Of a stretch of DNA of 64,000 nucleotides, positions 39,356-45,060 are shown one piece after another (the stretch's first letter is position 1; every line of letters begins with the position of its first letter). The translations under genes and the position numbers were made by a program. The stretch lies in the IMG/VR virus record IMGVR_UViG_3300042868_005134, positions 319,412-383,411 of that record; one strand, 5' to 3'. The notes beneath the pieces were generated by a model, which was given only the letters and a program-made list of their open reading frames with translations, was not told the origin of the DNA and did not search any database.

Positions 39356-39432
39356 TGGCGCCCCGCAGGGGACTTGAACCCCTGACCCTCGGCGTGACAG
39401 GCCGATACTCTAACCAACTGAGCTAGCGGAGC
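39356..39432 (-). tRNA. tRNA-Asp(GTC)
   Basis: Cloverleaf, G73, CCA. Confidence 0.95.
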
Positions 39433-39439
39433 AGAAACT

Positions 39440-39517
39440 TGGAGCAACGAGAGGGATTTGAACCCCCGGTTTTACGGATTTGCAATCCGTTGCATTGGGC
39501 CACTCTGCCATCGTTGC
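39440..39517 (-). tRNA. tRNA-Cys(GCA)
   Basis: Cloverleaf, U73, CCA. Confidence 0.92.
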
Positions 39518-39523
39518 ATAAAT

Positions 39524-39608
39524 TGGTGGAGATTACTGGGATCGAACCAGTCGTGCCCGAAGGCGGCGGATTTACAGTCCACTGCATCACCATTGATGCT
39601 TCATCTCC
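39524..39608 (-). tRNA. tRNA-Tyr(GTA)
   Basis: Long variable arm, CTGTAAA loop, CCA. Confidence 0.93.
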
Positions 39609-39679
39609 ATATAGAAACACACTAACACCGCTGGCAAAGTAATTATATTACTTGATACGATACCTAATGTATTTCTATA

Positions 39680-39755
39680 TGGCGTCCCTACGGGGATTCG
39701 AACCCCGGTACTCACCGTGAAAGGGTGATGTCCTAGGCCTCTAGACGATAGGGAC
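39680..39755 (-). tRNA. tRNA-Glu(TTC)
   Basis: Cloverleaf, CCA. Confidence 0.95.
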
Positions 39756-39808
39756 AAAATTCACAATTGATTTTTTAAAGAACAGTGTTAATTTCTTAAC
39801 ATGTACTT

Positions 39809-39837
39809 ATTATAGCGTCTTCTGAGGTTGCTGTCAA
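39809..39837 (-). promoter_or_regulatory. Consensus sigma70 promoter driving the downstream tRNA block
   Basis: TTGACA-17-TATAAT. Confidence 0.88.
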
Positions 39838-39849
39838 CTACTTTTTGAA

Positions 39850-41268
39850 TTATTTTAAATTATATTCTAAATAATTCTTAAAAAATTCTTTATTTTTTTC
39901 AGCAAGTAACTTATAGTCTAGGTCTTGTTTGTTTGTATTCATTATTTCAGAAAACTCAAAACCCGCACTCGCATGTTCTCCCAAACGCCAAGACGTTGGC
40001 TTACCAATATGGTCCATTATAGAATTTAGTGACTTAGAAAATTCTGTTACTGTTTTTGCGTCCCAGTAATCGTTTTCCCAAAACTCTGTCTGTAATGGTT
40101 TCATAAATCTGTAACCGTACTGGCTATAGTTCTCATCAAACTTACTTTTGTAGGCCGAAGCTGGATCTCTAGATATCCCTAATGGATTAAATCTCCAATC
40201 ATACATTTCATTGTCCAAACACCACTGATGAGTAGCGTATAAATCTTCTCTAGTTTCACCAGTTAGCCCAGCAATAAAACTCAATTCAAATGTTATTTCG
40301 TCTTTCCATGTTTGCTTTAATGTTTGTAAAAATTCTTTTCCGTGTACGCCATTCCAACCTTTACCTACAATTTTACAAGCATCCTTATGAAAACTTTCAA
40401 TTCCAAAGTATGCGCTTTTGAGTCCTGAGTCTTTTAATTGCTGTATTGAACCTGGTCGAGATCCTATCAAATCTAATCGATTGTAGCCAATCCATTCTAA
40501 CTTAAATGGTAAATTTTGTACTATTTCAGTTATAGCTTCCATTTTTTCCTGACTCTCGTTAACTGTATCATCAATGAAAAAATATCTAGTTGTACCAAAC
40601 GTTTCGTAATTGTACATAAGTTCTTCCTTAACCAAGGAATAATCTCTTAGATAAGTATTTTTCTTTTTACCTAGATTAGGATATCTGCAAAATGAACAAG
40701 AAAACTGACAGCCCCGACCTAATTCAATTGGCAACACTTCGTACGATTGAACAAAGTCATCTTTCACAAAAGCAGGACTAAGTGTTTTAATATCAAAAGG
40801 TGTCCGCGTTAACGATACATTAGATTCCTGATCTAGAAATTTTAATAAATCATTCTCAGCATTTCCGTGCAGCTTAATCCAATCTAAATAGCAATTTTTT
40901 GCGTATGAATTAGAGCCTCCTAAAATCCATTTTAACTGAGGGAACTTATTTTCAAGTAGTGGCCTCGAGTTTAAAATCCATTCGGGTTCGCTCACTACCA
41001 TAGATAGTCTGCCAGTCGTTGTTGCTTTGCGTAATGCCCCGTCGTGCCAAAATGTAGAACTTACACCTATGCCTATAGTTGTAGAGTCTACAAATTTCGA
41101 AGTTACTTCAACTAATTCATTAGTAGTAAATTTCTGACAAAAGTCTATTACTTTAACAGTATAGCCATGTCTCCTTAACCATGCGGCTAATTGATACGGA
41201 CCCAGTGGTCTCGTATGTCCCGATTTATCTGGTAGATAAATCGAATTCCAAATTATAAAATGTGCCAT
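39850..41268 (-). CDS. Radical SAM protein with B12-binding-like N-terminal domain
   Basis: RPLGPYQLAAWLR N-terminus; ELGRGCQFSCSFC (CxxxCxxC), FIDDT, GIES and FIAGL.GET. Confidence 0.88.
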   Translation of the reverse strand: MAHFIIWNSIYLPDKSGHTRPLGPYQLAAWLRRHGYTVKVIDFCQKFTTNELVEVTSKFVDSTTIGIGVSSTFWHDGALRKATTTGRLSMVVSEPEWILNSRPLLENKFPQLKWILGGSNSYAKNCYLDWIKLHGNAENDLLKFLDQESNVSLTRTPFDIKTLSPAFVKDDFVQSYEVLPIELGRGCQFSCSFCRYPNLGKKKNTYLRDYSLVKEELMYNYETFGTTRYFFIDDTVNESQEKMEAITEIVQNLPFKLEWIGYNRLDLIGSRPGSIQQLKDSGLKSAYFGIESFHKDACKIVGKGWNGVHGKEFLQTLKQTWKDEITFELSFIAGLTGETREDLYATHQWCLDNEMYDWRFNPLGISRDPASAYKSKFDENYSQYGYRFMKPLQTEFWENDYWDAKTVTEFSKSLNSIMDHIGKPTSWRLGEHASAGFEFSEIMNTNKQDLDYKLLAEKNKEFFKNYLEYNLK

Positions 41269-41301
41269 GAGATATTTATTGTACTATCGATCTCATGAAA
41301 A

Positions 41302-41967
41302 TTAACTAATATGTAGGACAGGAATAGTTACTTTCGGTTTTGCTGGATATTTTAAATCTGGTTTTGTATGATGAATCCGTCTGTTTCTATTAATATCTTT
41401 ATAACCAACTCCTAAAATTATCATAGGCTGTCCCTGGATATTTAACACTGTCTGAAGACCGGCTATATCAAAGCATCCGCAATAACCTGTTGAGTATCCT
41501 AATTGATGTGCTAATAGATTCAAGTATCCACTAGCTATACCTATGGACATGTGAATGTCGATTAACATACGTTTCTTTGCCGTATCCGACACTAAGCCTG
41601 CTGGATGTCTAAACTCTTCAAAGTACGTATTCAAATACGGCCTGTCTGAATTAGCTGTAAGTATATCTGCTAGTGTTAACTGTTCGAATACTACTAACAT
41701 GTTTGCCAATGTTTGTGAATTATTTTCTATGCTCATTGAGGGTGGAAAATCGAAACCACTTGTATTGTTGTAAACTTGTTCTATTACAGTCCGATTAGTA
41801 ATAAAATGGCATCGATAAAATGCAGCATTTTGTTTACTGGGGCATTGGGTTACTGCTTCAACTAATAAGTCGATATCTTCTTGCGGAATTGATCGTGTTA
41901 AATCCCAATTTCGTTGGCAATGTTGACTTTTTTGAATAGTAATTTTTACTGCTGATTTATCGATCAT
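41302..41967 (-). CDS. Nitroreductase-family protein
   Basis: QRNWD...IP.E...CPSKQN...LGYSTG.CGC...LGVG. Confidence 0.75.
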   Translation of the reverse strand: MIDKSAVKITIQKSQHCQRNWDLTRSIPQEDIDLLVEAVTQCPSKQNAAFYRCHFITNRTVIEQVYNNTSGFDFPPSMSIENNSQTLANMLVVFEQLTLADILTANSDRPYLNTYFEEFRHPAGLVSDTAKKRMLIDIHMSIGIASGYLNLLAHQLGYSTGYCGCFDIAGLQTVLNIQGQPMIILGVGYKDINRNRRIHHTKPDLKYPAKPKVTIPVLHIS

Positions 41968-42000
41968 AATTTCTCTTTAGTTAAAAAATTATTTATCGTT

Positions 42001-42074
42001 TGGTGCTCCTAGGAAGGATCGAACTTCCAATTACACTATACCAAAGTGTCGGTATTCCATTTACCTATAAGAGC
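42001..42074 (-). tRNA. tRNA-Thr(GGT)
   Basis: Cloverleaf, CCA. Confidence 0.9.
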
Positions 42075-42076
42075 GT

Positions 42077-42151
42077 TGGTACCGCTTAGTGGAATCGAAC
42101 CACTATTCACACTTTAGAAGAATGTTGTCCTATCCATTGAACGAAAGCGGT
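42077..42151 (-). tRNA. tRNA-Arg(TCT)
   Basis: Cloverleaf, CCA. Confidence 0.9.
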
Positions 42152-42158
42152 AAAATTT

Positions 42159-42234
42159 TGGCAGGGGAGATGAGATTCGAACTCATGATGACGATTTCAA
42201 AGACCGTTGCCTTAGGCCACTAGGCGACACCCCA
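42159..42234 (-). tRNA. tRNA-Gln(TTG)
   Basis: Cloverleaf with two acceptor mismatches, CCA. Confidence 0.85.
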
Positions 42235-42244
42235 ACAAATAAAA

Positions 42245-42363
42245 CAGGATACGTTTTTTACGAAGGGCATGGAGCCCTTTGCTCAACCGCTGAGCGAATC
42301 TGCCATAAGGCAAATGTTGGAATCGAACCAACGTGTCATAAATGACTTTGCTGTGCGTATCCT
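42245..42363 (-). ncRNA. ACAGCAA-stem element 5: YrlA-like RNA carrying a circularly permuted tRNA cloverleaf
   Basis: AGGATACGCACAGCAA...CGTATCCTG enclosing, in order, a T-arm, a loop-closed acceptor stem, a D-arm and an anticodon arm (CTCCATG). Confidence 0.8.
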
Positions 42364-42368
42364 TAACT

Positions 42369-42488
42369 TGGTGTCGTTGCTGGGATTCGAACCCAGATCT
42401 CTTCCTTTAGAGTGGAATTTTGATTGTGCTGACTGTATCCTTAACAGGATAACCTTTTATAAGCGTCCTACCATTAGACGACAACGAC
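42369..42488 (-). ncRNA. CCA-ending tRNA-like RNA with a permuted ACAGCAA-type stem in place of the anticodon arm (element 6)
   Basis: GTCGTTG/CAACGAC-ACCA acceptor, D and T arms; insert TATCCTG-TTA-AGGATACAGTCAGCA. Confidence 0.75.
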
Positions 42489-42493
42489 ATGAC

Positions 42494-42570
42494 TGGTACC
42501 CCTAGGCAGATTCGAACCGCCATCCAGCAGATTTTAAGTCTACCCGCACTACCAATTAGCGTACAGGGGC
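42494..42570 (-). tRNA. tRNA-Leu(TAA), short variable loop
   Basis: 77 nt, CCA. Confidence 0.85.
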
Positions 42571-42582
42571 ATAAATATTTTT

Positions 42583-42747
42583 GTGAAAACTTACGATCAC
42601 TTAACACCGCAAGGATTACAGTTTCACCTTTGTTTGTACCAAGGTGTGTGCTGTGTTATGGTACACGATATATACGACAACACCTACTTCGAATTACAAT
42701 ACTTCACTGACGTTAACAAAGCACTTCGCTTTGTCAACAATTTATAA
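42583..42747 (+). CDS. Possible small protein antisense to the tRNA array (54 aa)
   Basis: GTG-start ORF filling the gap between two tRNA-Leu genes, preceded by ATAAATA. Confidence 0.35.
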   Translation: MKTYDHLTPQGLQFHLCLYQGVCCVMVHDIYDNTYFELQYFTDVNKALRFVNNL

Positions 42748-42824
42748 TGGTACCCCTTGTCTGATTCGAACAGACAGCCAACTCCTTTTGAGAGAATCCG
42801 CACTACCAATTAGCGTAAAGGGGC
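42748..42824 (-). tRNA. tRNA-Leu(CAA), short variable loop
   Basis: 77 nt, CCA. Confidence 0.85.
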
Positions 42825-42827
42825 ATA

Positions 42828-42904
42828 TGGTACCTTCGGGCGGGTTCGAACCCCCAACCAACAGTTTCTAAAACTATCCGCACTCCCAATTAGCGTACGA
42901 AGGC
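42828..42904 (-). tRNA. tRNA-Leu(TAG), short variable loop
   Basis: 77 nt, CCA. Confidence 0.83.
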
Positions 42905-42915
42905 ATTTAAATTTT

Positions 42916-42990
42916 TGGTAGTCGATGCTGGGTTCGAACCAGCGACCTACACGATGTCAACGTGGTGCTCTACCACTGAGCTAATCGACT
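42916..42990 (-). tRNA. tRNA-Val(GAC)
   Basis: Cloverleaf, CCA. Confidence 0.93.
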
Positions 42991-42991
42991 A

Positions 42992-43066
42992 TGGTACCCT
43001 TGGACAGTTTCGAAATGTCGACCCTCGCCTTATCAAGACGATGCTCTTCCTCTGAGCTACAAGGGC
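42992..43066 (-). tRNA. tRNA-Ile(GAT)
   Basis: Cloverleaf, CCA. Confidence 0.88.
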
Positions 43067-43080
43067 ATAAACTACTTAGG

Positions 43081-43151
43081 GGTGACTATCGGGGCTCGAA
43101 CCCGAACTACCAGAGTCACAGTCTAGGTTGCTACCATTACAACATAGCCAC
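43081..43151 (-). tRNA. tRNA-His(GTG), no encoded CCA or G-1
   Basis: GTGGCTA/TAGTCAC-C73 and CTGTGAC loop; flanked by a 10-bp extension stem. Confidence 0.85.
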
Positions 43152-43163
43152 ACCTAAATAGTC

Positions 43164-43237
43164 TGGTCCTCTCGACAAGAATCGAACTTGTAATGGCCGG
43201 TTATCAGCCGACTGTTATACCATTTAACTACAAGAGG
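43164..43237 (-). tRNA. tRNA-Ile(GAT)
   Basis: Cloverleaf, CCA. Confidence 0.9.
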
Positions 43238-43245
43238 AATAAAAA

Positions 43246-43307
43246 CAGGATAGCATTTTTTGGCTTTTTTTACAGAAAAGATTTTTTTGATTTGCTGTTG
43301 CTATCCT
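43246..43307 (-). ncRNA. ACAGCAA-stem element 7 displaying a Tyr-type anticodon stem-loop
   Basis: AGGATAGCAACAGCAA...TGCTATCCTG with CTTTT-CTGTAAA-AAAAG. Confidence 0.7.
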
Positions 43308-43311
43308 AAAC

Positions 43312-43401
43312 TGGCAGTGAGTAAGGGATTCGAACCCTTGGGCCCCTAGCGGAGCCGACAGTTTAGCAAACTATTGGGTTAAGCCACTCCCCCAACTCAC
43401 T
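43312..43401 (-). tRNA. tRNA-Ser(GCT)
   Basis: Long variable arm, G73, CCA. Confidence 0.9.
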
Positions 43402-43406
43402 ATATA

Positions 43407-43562
43407 GGTTTTCCCGGCGACCAACTATCTTTCTTAAGGACTCGCTGGCTTGTCTCGTGTGAAAGAGTTTATACAGACCTTGTACAATTCTACTGGCGTG
43501 TCATGCTCAAGAAATAGGGCACTAGAATACAAGGGACTCATCTCAACGTCTAGCTGGGAAAC
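43407..43562 (-). ncRNA. Unassigned rod-like RNA with a possible pseudoknot
   Basis: TTTCCCAGC/GCCGGGAAA and CCTTGTA..TTCTA/TAGAA..TACAAGG stems; loop TTCTTGAG complementary to CTTAAGAA. Confidence 0.5.
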
Positions 43563-43563
43563 T

Positions 43564-43655
43564 TGGCGGAAGACGGAGGAGTCGAACCCCATCCCATTTC
43601 TGAGAACCCAGTTTTCAAGGCTGGTCGGCGCACCAACGCACCTGCATCATCTTCC
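43564..43655 (-). tRNA. tRNA-Ser(TGA) with 8/4 fold and Sec-like D-arm
   Basis: GGAAGATG/CGTCTTCC 8-bp acceptor, 4-bp T-stem, 6-bp D-stem with 4-nt loop, G73, CCA. Confidence 0.75.
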
Positions 43656-43661
43656 ATAACT

Positions 43662-43736
43662 TGGTGCTCCCTCACGGACTCGAACCGCAATAACCGGACT
43701 ACAAAACCGGTATAATAGCCTTTATATTAAAGGAGC
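43662..43736 (-). tRNA. tRNA-Thr(TGT)
   Basis: Cloverleaf, CCA. Confidence 0.85.
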
Positions 43737-43741
43737 AAATT

Positions 43742-43816
43742 TGGCGCCCACATATGGAATCGAACCACAATCCCCGGTTTCGTAAACCAGTATATTATCC
43801 ATTATACTATGCGGGC
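43742..43816 (-). tRNA. tRNA-Arg(ACG)
   Basis: Cloverleaf, CCA. Confidence 0.9.
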
Positions 43817-43821
43817 AAATT

Positions 43822-43896
43822 TGGTGGTAATAGTAGGATTTGAACCTACACCTTGCTCCGTATGAAGGAGGTGCACTACCGTTATGCTATATTACC
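43822..43896 (-). tRNA. tRNA with CAT anticodon (Met or Ile2)
   Basis: Cloverleaf, TTCATAC loop, CCA. Confidence 0.85.
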
Positions 43897-43991
43897 ATAT
43901 AGAAACACACTAGAGTTTTACGATAAACTACGCTCCTGAGTTTCTGCCCAAGAGCTCATAGGTCTGCCTATGTTTCTAATGTGTTTTTATA

Positions 43992-44066
43992 TGGTAGGGG
44001 CACAGGGAATCGAACCCTGATAGACCGGTTAAAAGCCGGATATTCTAGCCGTTGAATTATACCCCC
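43992..44066 (-). tRNA. tRNA-Lys(TTT)
   Basis: Cloverleaf, CTTTTAA loop, CCA. Confidence 0.9.
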
Positions 44067-44069
44067 ATA

Positions 44070-44145
44070 TGGTCCACAGCGTCAGATTCGAACTGACACC
44101 TCATCGGTTAAGAGCCGAGTACGCTACCGTTAACGCCAGCTGTGG
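44070..44145 (-). tRNA. tRNA-Lys(CTT)
   Basis: Cloverleaf, CCA. Confidence 0.9.
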
Positions 44146-44230
44146 ATGGATCGTAAATATTTTCTTTTACGTGCCATCCAGGACCATACGGGATCCGGGA
44201 TGACACTACAGTTTACCTGTACGTTTCATG

Positions 44231-44359
44231 TCATTCTCCTTTGTTGATATTTCTCTTTTGTGCTTGGCGTTCTGATTTCCAGAACACTCGTTTCCAATCT
44301 TTCAAATGCTTCCACCATTGTGGAGGCGCAGTTAGGTTACCTTTTTTGACATTTGCCAT
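44231..44359 (-). CDS. Small basic Trp-rich protein (42 aa)
   Basis: MANVKKGNLTAPPQWWKHLKDWKRVFWKSERQ...; AAGGA RBS. Confidence 0.55.
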   Translation of the reverse strand: MANVKKGNLTAPPQWWKHLKDWKRVFWKSERQAQKRNINKGE

Positions 44360-44377
44360 AGGATTTCCTTTATAAAA

Positions 44378-44433
44378 CAGGATGCTTATTTTTCAATTAA
44401 AAGTTGAATTTTTGAATTTGCTGTTCGCATCCT
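44378..44433 (-). ncRNA. ACAGCAA-stem element 8 displaying a Lys(UUU)-type anticodon stem-loop
   Basis: AGGATGCGAACAGCAA...GCATCCTG with TTCAA-CTTTTAA-TTGAA. Confidence 0.7.
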
Positions 44434-44437
44434 AAAA

Positions 44438-44513
44438 TGGTACACCCTGTTGGAATCGAACCAACTTCAACGGCTCTTCAGACCGCCGCTATGACCACAT
44501 CAGCTAAAGGTGC
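44438..44513 (-). tRNA. tRNA-Phe(GAA)
   Basis: Cloverleaf, CCA. Confidence 0.9.
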
Positions 44514-44521
44514 ATTATACT

Positions 44522-44597
44522 TGGTCTCCCTACCAGGATTCGAACCTGGACCACACGGCCCCAAACCGTGTACGCAACCTGATAACGCTTTAGAGAG
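44522..44597 (-). tRNA. tRNA-Pro(TGG)
   Basis: Cloverleaf, CCA. Confidence 0.88.
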
Positions 44598-44604
44598 ATA
44601 AAAT

Positions 44605-44679
44605 TGGTGGAGGCCGAGGGAATCGAACCCTTCTAGTCACGATGCTTGCAAGGCAACGCCGTAGCCCACTACTGCCCCC
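44605..44679 (-). tRNA. Atypical tRNA-Ala(TGC) with 4-nt D-loop
   Basis: G3:U70, GTAG-TGGG-CTAC D-arm, CTTGCAA loop, CCA. Confidence 0.75.
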
Positions 44680-44748
44680 AATTACAAAGCATACTATTCT
44701 AACTCGTCAAAAGAGTCTGCGTTATACGTCTTTAGTATACTTTGTAAT

Positions 44749-44826
44749 TGGCTGTCCGACTAGGGATCGAACCTAGCTCATTCTTCGTTAACAGCGAAGC
44801 GCCTACACCATGCTTGCTCTCGGACA
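44749..44826 (-). tRNA. tRNA-Asn(GTT)
   Basis: Cloverleaf, CCA. Confidence 0.88.
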
Positions 44827-44833
44827 ATAAAAT

Positions 44834-44909
44834 TGGCGCCATGGACGGGACTCGAACCCGCCTGGTACGGATAGACAATCCGCTGCCCTACCCCGAGGAC
44901 TACCATGGC
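44834..44909 (-). tRNA. tRNA-Asp(GTC)
   Basis: Cloverleaf, G73, CCA. Confidence 0.88.
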
Positions 44910-44913
44910 ATGT

Positions 44914-44988
44914 TGGTATCGCGTACGGGGATCGAACCCGCCTGAGTAAGTTGAAAGCCTACGGACCTCACCAGAAGTCAAACGCGAT
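44914..44988 (-). tRNA. tRNA-Glu(TTC)
   Basis: Cloverleaf, CCA. Confidence 0.85.
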
Positions 44989-44997
44989 GTAATAAAA

Positions 44998-45055
44998 CAG
45001 GATAGCATCTTTTTTCCATTAAAAGTGAAATTAGAATTTTTGCTGTTGCTATCCT
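44998..45055 (-). ncRNA. ACAGCAA-stem element 9 displaying a Lys(UUU)-type anticodon stem-loop
   Basis: AGGATAGCAACAGCAA...TGCTATCCTG with TTTCA-CTTTTAA-TGGAA. Confidence 0.7.
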
Positions 45056-45060
45056 AAAAT

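Noticed and set aside
42369-42488. Intron-containing tRNA or bona fide amber suppressor implying TAG recoding
   Set aside because: The insert is far too short for a group I intron and the CTA loop lacks a proper 5-bp stem. Genes are intact in code 11 and TAG ends ORFs at sensible positions (for example 32036 and 46119).
36745-43562. RNase P, 6S or SRP RNA assignments for the structured spacers
   Set aside because: I could not find the hallmark sequences (for example GAGGAAAGUCC of RNase P), so they are left unassigned.
43564-43655. Selenocysteine tRNA (selC)
   Set aside because: The anticodon is TGA rather than TCA and the fold is 8/4 rather than 8/5; no sel genes are in the window.
35753-45055. 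ACAGCAA elements as CRISPR repeats, terminators or MITEs
   Set aside because: Spacing is irregular, stems covary, the motif is asymmetric, most have no U-tract, and there are no target-site duplications or transposase.
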